DNA of 64,000 nt from Trichoplax sp. H2 (taxonomy: Eukaryota), in contig NOWV01000130.1 of the NCBI GenBank assembly GCA_003344405.1, forward strand, positions 124,001 to 188,000, given 5' to 3'. Below, one piece after another: positions 1 to 13,100 of the stretch; the stretch's first letter is position 1, and the number at the start of each line of letters is the position of its first letter. Below the pieces are notes generated by a model that was not told the origin of the DNA, searched no databases, and saw nothing but the letters and a program-made list of their open reading frames with translations. Made by a program: the position numbers and the translations under genes.

Positions 1-85
1 GCCTAGAATGATTACAACATTAATCATTTAGATCTCTTAAGTAGTATTAATCAAATTTAAATCGCATTGGTAGTAAGTAAAATAC

Positions 86-3000
86 CTGTTCCAGGACTTG
101 AAAGCATTGCGACTTCGTTTAAATAAATATCCTTCCATGTTACTTTTATCAAATATTAAGATTCATTAGCGACATTAAAACATGTAATTGAGCTAAAATG
201 TAGTGAAGCCTAACTTACCCAACGTTTTTTGTAGGCTCATCCGTAGTGTCACATTTCTAAATCATAAACATATTAAACAATGTAAAAAAATAATTATATG
301 ACTTCTTGCATAATAAAGCAGCTTAGTTTAAAAATTGACTTGTGTATTATCAAATCGTACTTTCTCTTTTATGGCCATATAATATTTCTCCATTTCTTTT
401 TTATCTTGAATAAAATTTTCCTTTTCTCTCTCGATCTGATGGTATAAAAACATAAAGATTATTACGTCGTACCTTCTAATAACTGAATTCTAATAGTTTG
501 CTCCTGTTCGAAGAATCAACCTGCGTTGTTAGGTCGTCCGTGAAAGGTGAAAATTGTTGAAGTAATAGAGAGCTTTCATCGACAAGCTTACGATAGCTTT
601 TGAATAGAGACATCAGCTGCAATCAAGTATAACATAACTCTGTTTTAAGCAATCTATGTTAGGGTTAGCTAAAAATATTGTTTGAGCTAATGACTAGGAT
701 ATATACCGAATTGAGAACGTCAAGGCGTTTTTTAGCTTGAAAAATATTCAGCTACAACATATAAAGCATACGAATTACTGTAATAGTATACAGATTGATA
801 TTCGTAGAAATACTAATCACTAACTAGGATACTCAATAATAATAAACCGTGATGTGAAATGATAAAAGAATTGAAGGAATACTTATATTGTAATAAGATG
901 TAAGAATTTGTAGCAAATTTTAATCATCAATTTTTATGAAACCTGCTGCTTACATTGTAGCAATACTCGAAGGCAATGTGGCTAAACCAAGACCTCGTAG
1001 ACTTAAAGTTTTGTTCTGCCTAGAGTAAGTAATAATTTAAATTATTCCCTTTAACAAACTGAAATAGTACGTATTTCACAAAAAGTTATAGGAAATATTA
1101 ATAGGTAGTATAAAAAGTATTACTTCTTCAACTTCTATGGTTTTCATCTTCTGAGCAGAAGCGTTACGATTAATTGCACTATATGAGAAAGAAAGTAGTC
1201 AAAAATGTTAGCATTATTAAAGGTCATGACGACACCTTTGTAAAATCAAAATAAATAGTAGAATTAAACGTCAAAAAATTTTATCCATTGTAAATTCGAA
1301 AGCACGTAAGTGATATATATATACTAGAACTGTAACCAAATTCAAAGTAATTTATGAACATTACGAAATGACGATCTTCACTTACGTATCAAACTCATCG
1401 CTTATCTTGTCGAAACTTTTTTTATAATCACGAACTCTCTTAATATCTCTATAAATTAAATCATGTTTCATAAGATAACGAGCATAAAGATAGATTTACC
1501 CAAAACTGGCATAAAGCGAGACAGCATATCAGAGTTGAAACTGAAAGATATTGCTAAATCTCAGTCATGAAATATTACATATTTGCAAAGTTATCTCTAA
1601 TTATATATATATATATATATAATACTCAATAAAGCATCTAGATACCAACACGTGGTTTGCACAGACCATAAATAAAAAATTTACTGTCTCAAGAAATAGT
1701 AGCAAGTAAAGTTACTACAAAAGCAATCGATAAATGTTCATATTAAAGAAACCTTGTCATCATACTTAGATGTTCTTCATGAACCTAATGTCTACTAGTT
1801 ATCCTATCCTAGACCTATCAATATTACAATTTTTTACGTCATAGAAACTGACGTAAATCTGTAACAAAAAATTTTACTTACTCCTTGATATAATTTTGCA
1901 TATAAGTAGATGATAGCGCTTGGCATTCGTCAATAAACCTCTATAAAAATGAGACATTTCAAAGTATAGCAGATGAAATAGAGATCAATATCCGTCTGTA
2001 GCTGTAGTGCAGCGTCATCAAATATCATTACCTTATAAAAGTTCTCCAAATCTGTGAATATCTGAGTGAAATTAGATATTGCATTCTACGTAAACAAAAA
2101 CCAGTAGGCTCAATTTATATTAAGAATATATTGAATCTTCGAATTACAAAAGCAGTGAAAGAACCATTTCATACGTTCAAAATTGTTGCAATATAGATAA
2201 ACCGATTAATCAATAATAACTGATCATAAGTATTTGTAATTAGGATCTCACGCCAATTATGGTAGCGTATTTAGATATAACAATACAACAGTATCCATAT
2301 TCAAAGTAAAATTGTTCAGAGATAAGAGTACGGATTGGATGTTACCAGTTAGCTTTATACTTTGCATTCAACCCATAATTACAATAGAATATAAACTTTA
2401 TTCGATATCGAAATATACGGAGCTTAACGTTGCCAAAAAATAACTACAGCGATTTCGACCATTAAATTGCCGATCACTGAGATAGAGGTAAAGTGAGGTA
2501 GATTCACTTCTGCAGATTAACCCTGTCACAACTATCACCTAGTAAGCAATCTACATAAACGGTAATACAATAAAATATTATCATAGAATTGCAAGTTACA
2601 ATGCATGTCCGTAAAATTATAGTGCATTAGAAAATGTAGTAAATTTGGACTTACGGTAACTAAAGACTCATCAACAAAATGATCTTTCAATGCGTTCAAA
2701 CCGGTAACGAAGGCCCTGGAGAGAAGAATATAACAACGTTAGCGCATTCTATAACAGCTGTTAGCGGTATTGCATGAGCTGTCTACAAATGTAATATAAA
2801 GATCACAGCTACTTTGCAGTATCAACTGTATGATATAGAGTAAAACCAAACAATCAACAAGAAGCTTCGAGGCCAAAGTAATAGCAACCGACTTATTTCA
2901 TATAGGAAATGCAAAGTAGTAAATTATTTCTACAGTTGCATAATTCACGTAACATTGAGCATAACACATCGTTAACGGTAGCTGCAAAAGATGTTATTTT

Positions 3001-4910
3001 TAATAATAAGAGGGTAAAGTAGGCTTTAGCATCATTTCAAATGATACAAAAAATCGCAATATTATATTATAGCTAATCAGTAAGTAACTATTGTACTGTA
3101 CTGCATGATAAATACGAAGGTGCCATTTTAAGTCTGTCACGAATAAAGTACAACAGCATCAAATAGATTACATAGTATTTTTGATGGCCAACCTGTTGGC
3201 ATTGGAACATGTTTTACTGGCATCCGATAAGCCATTATACAACTTGGCCAACTGGGCAATATGAATAATTAAGATAATAATTTTAATAATAAAATATAGC
3301 ATCAGAGAGTAGAAGATGAGTAGACTACTGTATACCAGGTATTATTCAGTGTGTAACTGCTGCAGCTATAGTATGATTATGCTACAATGATAATAGTTAT
3401 TGTTTATTAACTGAAGGATATTTTTACACAGAAATCTATTCATACAAAGAGAACGCACGTATAATACGAATATGATGAGCTCCATAATAAAGGTAAATAA
3501 TGCAACTTGTAGTACACAACTTGTACATTTTATTAACCTTATCGATTTCAGTATCAAAGCTGTTAACGTCCTTCTCTACATTCTGCAAGGATGTCCTAAT
3601 TAAAGATTTACGATAAGTTTATATATGTACGTATAGCAGTATTGCAATAAACCTATCTCAATTTTAAAATATGAAATAATTCTTAGATAATTGCAGTAAT
3701 TATCAATCTTTCAGTGCTAACGTAGCTCATGTTATTAAGGTATAAGGTAAAGCTTGCAAATTAACGAAAAAGCATGAATAGGGTGTGCAATTGGATCTTC
3801 ATTGTTATTATCATTCATTTGTAATCAAACCGATTATTTTACCGTTAATACATACAGTAATAAACATTAGCTTATGCAGGAGTATGAGTGGTGAATGAAT
3901 AATTTAGCCCCAGTCAAAATGCATCGAACTCGTTATATACTTCAACGAATTCGATACATCCTGCCTGGGGCTAATATATATGTACACGTAAAGTCGATAC
4001 ACACTATATATTAATCAATCGTGAGCAAATAAGAGTATAATAAGGGTAGTTGACTTGATGATAATGGCCTACTGTCTATTTATGATACGCTTATCGGCAA
4101 GCCTTGCACTCGTATACTGTACAGTAGTATGAGATACGCATATACAGTATATACCATATATATATATATGTAAAAGTTTTCGATAATGGACTATGGATTA
4201 CGCTATCTTTCCAGGACTTGAATCATGTGTATTACGTGTAGCAATAGTTGATATTCACCTAACACTTACTTTCAAGCTATACATTGGGGCTAGAAATATT
4301 ACGGACTCCTTCGTTATGCGAAGTAATTATCATGTTATTATTTATGACATGGAAGAGTAAGTAACAAAGTTACTCCTTATTATTCTACCATGCCTAAAGG
4401 CTAGTCATTCATAACGTTCAATTATTACAAGCTTCAGTGACTGTCTACAATAAACTATTTTATGTCACCAGATACCAGTATAAGAACTTAGTTTACACAT
4501 TGATGGTAATAAGAGTTGACGGCTATTGAATTGATGCAAAATGATGAAAAAGTGATGGTTGACGACTCTACTGTAGATTTGAAGTACTGTACCAGTACAT
4601 ATGTACTTTACACGTACAATAGACTATCTGTGACCAATCTCCAAATCAAGGCTATACTAAAAGAAATCGGTTTTTTTTTCAATCCTACTTGGCTATACGC
4701 AAGATACATTAGAACATTGATGAAATGAATATTAATCATTTAAGAGCATTTTCCACATAAGCATACAACAACTACTTAGCGATGAGAGTCTGCCCACTTA
4801 TCCCTTGTCGGTATTTTGATGTACCAGTACCGTTGAAAGCATTTTAAAAATACAGACCTAAATTTGGGAGAGTCTTTGATGCACTCTTCAAACGGTACGA
4901 TAATCTTCAT
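86..4910 (-). CDS. ACAP: ArfGAP with coiled-coil/BAR, ankyrin and PH domains (centaurin-beta family); 5' part only, continues beyond left edge
   Basis: ATG at 4910. Exon 1 (4858-4910) gives MKIIVPFEECIKDSPKFR (cf. ACAP2 MKMTVDFEECLKDSPRFR). GT-AG exons at about 3538-3595, 3193-3251, 2655-2715, 2032-2085, 1882-1940, 1386-1448, 1124-1178, 954-1019, 707-751, 521-616, 361-435, 219-256 and 86-142 give a BAR domain (DIKRVRDYKKSFDKISDEFD, LNIFQAKKRLDVLNS) and the PH start MEGYLFKRSRNAFKSWNR. The ORF track misses it because the exons are short. Confidence 0.93.
3904..3974 (-). other. Imperfect inverted repeat / ~70-nt hairpin in ACAP intron 1
   Basis: Left arm TAGCCCCAGTCAAAATGCATCGAACTCGTT versus reverse complement of right arm TAGCCCCAGGCAGGATGTATCGAATTCGTT: 25/30 identical, 9-nt loop. 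Confidence 0.85.
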
Positions 4911-5034
4911 AATTGTACTTGGATTGGAGTTTAGTTGAAATTAGACGAAAGCAATACTATCATTCCGACCTTAGAAACAAATCAATTGGAAAATTAATTG
5001 CAACCCTACGAGTTTTGCGGCAATATCTCCACCG

Positions 5035-5335
5035 TACTTGTCTACTCATGTACAGTATTTGTCCTACGGTCGAAAGTTAGACTATTATACTGTACTGTAC
5101 TGTACTGTAGATCAAGAATTAGCAGGCAACATTTGCTCTTTTATGTACAGTATGATTTGTTTTGTCTTGCTTGGGCATCTTTCTCGACCTGTTGTACTGT
5201 ACAGTATGTTCCGAAACGACACAGTACTGTACACTGTAGGATAAATGATTTACTGTACTGTATACAGTGTAAAGTACAGTAAGTACAGTGTACAGTGCAC
5301 AGTATCCGAGTTGTACTGTACTGTACGTACTGTAG
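5035..5335. repeat. Mixed CAGTA/CTGTA pentamer array upstream of ACAP
   Basis: Runs such as tactgtactgtactgtactgtag, cacagtactgtacactgtag and tactgtactgtatacagtgta lie about 120-430 bp 5' of the ACAP ATG. Confidence 0.85.
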
Positions 5336-5481
5336 ATTGTGCTGCTAAAAAATCTAGGTTTTAAAATAAATAAAATAAATAAATAAAATAAAATATATAA
5401 ATTCCCCAACAGCTTTATCGTTTAGGTTAGTGGCAATCTCCTGATAGAATTTGTTACGGAATTCTATGGACTAAAAGTCAA

Positions 5482-5566
5482 CTATCGCCGTTTCAAATGC
5501 TGATCCAACACCATTTTAAAAAATGACAAAAGATGGCGTTGGATCAGTAATTTCAAGCGGCTATAG
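5482..5566. other. Imperfect inverted repeat (~85 nt)
   Basis: ctatcgccgtttcaaatgctgatccaacaccatttt pairs with aaagatggcgttggatcagtaatttcaagcggctatag. The core CTGATCCAAC/GTTGGATCAG is perfect. Confidence 0.75.
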
Positions 5567-6120
5567 CCCACTGTTAATAAATAGGATTCCTCATCAATTT
5601 ATATCTGAAGGCCGTTATGTTCTCTATCGCGACACTAGGTCAATAACGCAATACTCGGTTAGACACTGCAAAGTAGCCGAAGCTTAGAGTCCACTTCTTT
5701 ATTCTGGTTTGCCTTTCCCACAAGTGATACAGTATATACTGTACAGCATATATATATTACATACTGTACGTATTAGTAAATTACTAGTGAACGTGTCAAT
5801 ACAGTTACGGTATTAGTATCATACGGTTATCTCATCAGTTAGGCAGCTATGCAATTTATTTGCCCTAATTCCTAGACATTACCAGTCTATCATACATAAC
5901 AAAGGCTGCCAGTGATGTGCTCCAAGCCGTAAAGCAGTTGGGAAATGACTAACTTTAAAATTGATTTTTTAATACAGTCTACTGGATAATGTACACTTCT
6001 GGTCTGTTTTTTCATCTATTAAATAGCGCACAGTAGAATATAGTCATGAACGAGTATTGATATTGCTTATACTGTATATTATGTCAGGAACTCCAGACTG
6101 TGTATTGTCAGTGTTGTAGT

Positions 6121-7115
6121 CACTTGAAGTAGAGAATTGGCATCTTACAGTAATTCCAAGGTGTAATATTTGCACTATAGCACGAGAAAATCATTTTCTA
6201 GCTCATGCACAGTACCTATGGAATTTCTAACAAGTCCCAGACTGAGCGATCATATTCGTACTGTAATACTGTATGAGGAAATCAACCTTGACAGAGAAGT
6301 AAGCGCACTTAAAGTAGAAAATTGGCATCTTACTACACAATTCCAATATCTAATGTTTGCACTACTGTATAGCGTGAGGAAATTATTTTCTACCTTATGT
6401 ACAGTACCCATAGAAATATCAGAAATACTCCGGGAATTTCTAGAAAGTCCCTGACTGTGTACGTTCATATCCGCCCTGTAATACTGTATGAGGAAATAAA
6501 AAGTTGACTGAGAAGTAAGCGCACTTGAAGTAGAAAATTGACATCTTACTACTTACTACTCAATTCCAATGTGTAGTATTTGCACTATAGCATGAGGAAA
6601 TAAATTATTTCCTAACTTAAGTGCAGTACGGTACCCATAGAGATTAAAAAAAAAATACTTATTTTAAATCCCATATCTATATGCAGACTTCTAAGAAGTC
6701 ACAGTCAGGGGATCTAGACGGCGCAATGCTCTTAAAATTTCAACCCGTAATATTTTCCCTGTAATATGAGGTAATAAAAGTTAACTGAAAAGTAAGTGCA
6801 TCTGAAGTAGAAAATTGGCATCCTACACAATTCTTATGTGTAACAATTACACTATAGCATGAAGAAATCATTTTCTAGCTTATGTACAGTACCCATGGGA
6901 CTTCTAAGAAGTCCCTGACAGTGTACAGTCTGTCAGGGAATTTAAGCGGTGCCGTGCTCTTAATATTCCAACGCGTAATATTCCTACCGTAATATGAGGA
7001 AATATAAGTTAACTGAAGAGTAAGCGCACTTGAAGTAGGAAACTGACATTTTACACAATTCCAATAAGCAATATTTGCACTATGGCATGAAGGAAATCAT
7101 TTTCTAGATTATGTA
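6121..7115. repeat. Degenerate tandem repeat, 5 copies of ~185-275 bp
   Basis: Unit cacttgaagtagaaaattggcatcttac...tttgcactatagcatgaggaaa..ttttcta...gtacccat recurs at about 6121, 6306, 6522, 6798 and 7027. Confidence 0.9.
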
Positions 7116-9356
7116 TATTGTATCATTAATTATATCTGTTCTCAAGACAATCAATTATAGACACGCGCTACAAGAATAGTGCTCAGTAGCGCTTTAATCT
7201 TATAGCCGTGAGCAATTTAATTACATGAGATCAGTAGGCATGAAATATACGGTAGGTTTGAAATTTTTCTCTTGTGATACGAATCTATTGATACTAGAAG
7301 TACAGCGTAAGAAACACTGTAAAAATCTATGCAGATTGTAAGATCGGATATTACCGTTGATCCTATGTTTCTATTATATATTATCGCTCTTTCGCGATTA
7401 TAATTCTCTCCTGCTGTGCTTTCTGTGTTATGAAAGCAATTCTTAAGCATTTCATCGTATTAGTTAGTTACACTGATTGCACGGTAAGCTTTCACGCTTT
7501 ACCTATTCCACTGTAGTTTAGCTACTCGATCGATCATATCGCTTATCTACGCTGTAACATTACAGGGTTTCCCTTAAAACCCAACTGTGATAAAGATCAC
7601 TGTTCTTTCCCTTCATCCTTCATAAACTCTTGCTGTTATGGCTAACTGACAATCATCCGAAACAACACATTACTAATAATTGATGAATTAATTTAAAACA
7701 TTAATTTACTATTCACTAAGATCATTTACCTTTCAACATTGCAGACTCCAGTAACAATCAAAGTAGACATCAACAATCACTCTACCCAGGTATTGACGGT
7801 GAGCAAATACCGTGAAACATGATATGATACAGCAGACGAGCTCCAAAGCCCTAAATTCAATAGCAACCTAACGGTTTGGAATTTTCTTACAAGTCCCTGG
7901 CTTGACTAATAATAATAAATTGAATCTCCGTAAAATCACAAAGACTCGACAATAATTAATCCCATTACAGAGATTCCAAGTATCTGAAATTTAGTATTAA
8001 TAGCTTCGTCAAAATATTAATATACAGTACAAGAAGAATTTTTGAGATAGACTTAAAATAAACAAATCATGGTCATTACACATTTGAACTTTGGACTGTC
8101 AATATGCGAGTCGGTAATGCTCAAAGCATGATAGTAAAAGTCTACAATTAAGTAGACATTTAAACCGAGACTTGCAGAATTTGATAAATATTGAAGTATT
8201 ATTCTCTTACAATACGTGCAGCAGGTACCTATTGTAAAATTGTATCATTTATTATCCAATTACTTCCGGCTATCTTGTTTATTCTACTATACAGGCGCGT
8301 TATGACAAAAATACACACTTCTGGCAGAATCGTTAAGTAAGAATGCAATATTTTGTTATGCAGGCATAAGAATACTGCAGACGTTAACAGCAGTAGTACT
8401 GTATAAGGTTAATTTTCAATAAGGGAATTTGATAGACTTTACAATACTGAAACTGGATAATTGTTATATCTACGCGTATTGTCTTTGAGAAAATATTGCA
8501 GCAAAAATGACTATTACAGTCGCCCATACAAATACCTATTGCATCTTAAGTATTACATTGTATTAACCGATTTTGTAGAATTATTGTATAATGTCTAATA
8601 CAATCTACTACATATGTCGTCCTATATGTCTAATTAGAAAGTAATGCACTAAATACAATGACTATAGAAATGTGAACTCTTTCGCAAACAACTCGCTCAT
8701 ATTGGATGAAGAATAAGCAGAACAAGTATACGCGTTGAACATGATTTATATAAAGACCAGATTCAAGTCGAGAACAATTTTAATATTCTTTATTAAAGTA
8801 CGATTAATTAATTAAAATATCTATGGTTATTTTCCAATCTGCAATGGCTGTTATTTGCATTAATGGTAATTCATTGATTTAGCAGATCAAATGAAAATTT
8901 AATATTTCCACCATAGCCTCCAAGTTCCAGGATTAAGAAAGTAAAACATAACATGGAATAACATAAAGAGTAAAACGCCTTACGTTAGGAATATCGCCTT
9001 TATCTTCCCAACGTCGTATGGAATAGCATTTAGTAGCTATCTACAATCGTTTTTTCTTATGTAAATAGTGACATCATTAATTTAAATAATATGAAATGAT
9101 AGAAATAACTGCAAAATAAAGTTGATGCTTGCTATCATAGTTACTATTTCAAAAAACCAATAAAAAAGCGTTTGATACAGGCATATTAATCATAATGTGT
9201 CAATTAACTTTCAATGACTTGTTAAAAAGGCATTGAAAGAGTAACATAAACAATATCTGAAAACCAACGTACATCATCGTCAAATAAATTCGACAATTAA
9301 CCCTTTCGATTTGTTGGTATATCATTGGAAATGAAAACAGTTCGTCCTATATGTGT

Positions 9357-9450
9357 ATAGATATAGATATACAGTATATTGATAGATATAGATATAGATA
9401 TAGATATAGATATAGATAGAGATATAGATATAGATATTAATATTGATATA
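9357..9450. repeat. (GATATA)n microsatellite
   Basis: atatagatatagatatagatatag run, interrupted once by TACAGTA. Confidence 0.9.
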
Positions 9451-10195
9451 TACGCGTATGTTATAAATCGTAAAGTAACGAATTTTATAACACCAATTAA
9501 TTAATGATAATAGTTACAGCGAATTACTCCCTGATATTTCTAAATTTTACACAAATGTATTTCAAATGTTATCAGTCATCTTCAGTGTGATTGCTACTTA
9601 TTTTGACGAACAATTTCAAGAAGATGATAATTTATGCATACCTATCAAATGTTGTGCATATCATAGATAGGAATGCCGAGCATAGGTCTCAAAAATTTTT
9701 GACAACTAAGTAGAAAAGGAAATTATTGAACAAAAAATTCGTATAAAAACGTTAGTTAAGTAACGCTATGCGTCAAACAATGAAATAAATATTCTTAAGA
9801 TATCGAGTTTAAAGCACACAGAATAACCAGTTAGATTTCTACGGAAAAAATTGAAAATTTTAGTTAAAAGAGTAAATTAAGTAAAAATGATAAATGGAAT
9901 GAAAATGTAAAATATATTTAACAGAATTGAGAATGATAACAATATATAGACTTACGTATCTTAAAAAATCTACTGAGAATATAGAAAATTATAATACATG
10001 AATTGCATTCTTGATAACCCACATATACGCGTATCTTTCAACAGATATTAACTGAGGAATGATAGTTTAAATTGCGACATATTAATGAGATAATATTGCT
10101 GATTATCATCTTGTATTATATTCAAAGTAAGAACCTTTATGAAAATTTTGTAATAACCGTTAAAAAATTCATCAATAACTGACAGGTATTAAAGT

Positions 10196-13100
10196 TTAAC
10201 TTCTGCCTTTCGATTTGATACTTGTTTTATCAAGGCTATCCACGCTATTCCTACACGAAGATGAATTCTTTATTTCTGCGCCTTGATTCATCTGTGCAAG
10301 TGCGGCTAGAGAACTAGCAGAAATGCCATTTGGACGATGAGGGGTTGTCGAACCGGAAAATGTCGTTTCTTTAGATTGTGCCCTAACCTTTCCTACCGTC
10401 AGCGAGTTTGTACCGGTACCATTTCTAGCGTGTGGCGATGAATGGTTGGAATCATTACTTTTCCTACTTTGATTTAAGCTAGCATTTGAAACTGACTGCT
10501 TCATTTTCTCAGGAGCAGGTACTGAATTTCCAAGTTTGGTTTTTAATGCTGCAGTATGATTTCCTCTAGATTCATAATTTCTAGATAAATTGCTGGAACC
10601 TTTGCTAGACATTTCAAAGTCGTCTTTACTACTTCTATTGGGAGAACTGTAATTGGAGGAACCACTTTTACCTTTATAACTGCTATTGCCAAAATCATTC
10701 GAAATGTCTGCATGTTGTCCGTACGATCTTCCGGTTCCTTTGCTACTGTCTCTGTTAGAACCCTTGCTACATGTAGCTGAGATACTTTCGAATTTATCAA
10801 CTCGCGCGGCATTACTTGACTCCTTGCCACTTGCTTTCCATCGCCCATCCTTGCCACTACCGTGCGATCCTCTGCTTGATTTACTAGCACTGCTAACACT
10901 TTGTTTTGAACTACCCTTTAAGTTATTTGCAGAACTAGACTTAGGATGAGGTATACTAGGTATTGATGTCGTGTCACTATAGGATGTTGCCGAAGTATAG
11001 CTTCCGTAGCCTTGTGATGCATGGTTCTTCTTTTGCCTTTGGTTTGCATTAGAGGGTCCATTCAGTTGCCTATTTGAATGTCCACTTGATCCGGATTTAT
11101 TGCTACTACTATCTCTCGAAGTGATTCTAGCGGACTGATTAACTGAATATTACCGTATTAAAATAATAAATTAGTATATACTACTCATACGTGGCAAACG
11201 GTAAATATTTTTATATAGGCTTACAATTAGTAGCATCTCCAAAGATATAACAGCATTGTTCAGAAAAAGAAGTTTTCTTAACTGTATGACGTATGTATCC
11301 GTTCTGTTAATAGCAGCAAAATGAAATCAGTTAGAGACGGTTGTCAAATAAATGTTAACATTACTAACATTCTCATTGCAATAATAATTTATAATCGGCA
11401 TACCTTTAACATATTATCAGCAAATTTTTTGACTTGATGACGATCAGTAAATCCTTCAACATTAGTATATAACCAATCTACAAGATCGACACCTATAGGA
11501 ATATACAGGAGTAGATTTTAAATAAGGCCCATTCTAATTCATACAACAACGAAGTTATATTTTATACATGTACCGTACCTAGAAATGATTGAGGTACTGT
11601 TATTTTTAGCCATGTTCTATCACGTATATCTAGGCCAGAGTTTTCAGCCATCATAGACCTTATTATTAATCCTGGTTCACTATTAGTTGTCAAATTTGGT
11701 TCATTTTCCTGGATAGTCGACTCTATTTGATAGTACGCGCAATGCATACATTAAATCGTTTAAGACTTAGCGTACTATAACATCACAAAACGATCACTTG
11801 TTTACATCTAAACTTACGATCAGATCCTACGACTGTTGTAACTTCGGCCGAACTAGTTGCATTTGAGGTTAATGTACTTAAGCCAGAAGTAGCAGGGGGT
11901 GAGATTGATGATGGTGGCACATCTATTCCTACGTTTATAACACAAATTGAAATTCAGTTATAATTCATAAATAACACCAACATATTTTAAGACGAAGTCG
12001 TTGCTGGAATTTATTTGTTTTTTACCAATTAAAGCATTTGTTTGCTTAACCCATTCAGAGGGATCTATTGGTCGAATTGGCTCTCCTAAATGGTTTATAA
12101 TTGAATGATCGCAATTAATATTATGCAAGCCACTCTATATAAGCCATACTGTACTGTTATTTATTAACAATATTTGTATTCGCGTCTTAAGATCTCATTA
12201 CAACCTGATGGCGGTTGGAAATTTGAGGTTTCTTGAGCACTCCATACTTTAGCCACAATCAATTTAATATTTCTAAAGATAAACCATATAAAACGATTAG
12301 ATAATTATGATAGACATATATGTACCGTTAACCAATGGTATAGCTGAAATTGAAATGCAATTACTTTTCTCTTTTAACAACATCACGAAGGGCTTGTACA
12401 GCTTGTTCGTTATTCATTTGGTCAAAGCTGACATCATTAACCTTAATTAAATGAATTTCAGGTTAACCTTTTCGTTTAATTCCCTTTAGTTTAAATTAAA
12501 TATAAAGGCTTACTTGAAGAATTAAATCGCCTGGTTCAATTCTACCATCTGACGCGACAGCCCCGCTTAATAAGTGAATAAAATTATTGAAAAGATGAGC
12601 ATGAATATAAGTCTTCATTTTTGGCGACATTTAATATCTGCTATATTTCATTGCTTACTTTTTCATAATTGAGCCAACATATATGCCATGATCACCGCTT
12701 GCACTACCAGTACCAACTATACTAATTCCAAGAAAATTGATAGTTTCTGCAAATAAAATGTAAGTCAAGATCAACACTTAAGCTAGATGACTCAGAATCA
12801 CTTTTATGATGCTCATATTTTAATTGTTCATAGCTGAGCCTCAGCTACTTAGATTATATCATACCTAAATTTAATTCAACAGTAATTACTTCCGTAGACA
12901 ATGTAGATTCCGTAATGCTACTATAAGAATCAGCCTAAAGAAAAAGATTTACAATAATTTCTATTACTCGTTCCATCTAAAATAGTACCGTTAGTTTTTT
13001 AACCTGATCCATAAAGAAAGGTAACACGTAATAAATAAGTGCAATAATTTATTAACGTTATGCTCTTCAGTAGACCATTAAATAATCAAAACTATATAAT

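Noticed and set aside
4998-5409. Short ORFs rich in YCTV/VQYS/TVLY, also at 31.5-32.9 kb, 44.6-47.7 kb and 63.1-63.6 kb
   Set aside because: They are translations of the stop-poor CAGTA/CTGTA arrays, open on both strands, with no protein-like features.
7150-8300. Plus-strand AG/GT-bounded segments (e.g. ~7745-7789) suggesting a small spliced gene
   Set aside because: I could not join them into an open frame with recognisable homology. A lncRNA cannot be excluded without RNA data.
10543-10949. Overlapping ORFs 10543-10899 (-) and 10686-10949 (+)
   Set aside because: They are alternative-frame or antisense shadows of the large Dvl exon.
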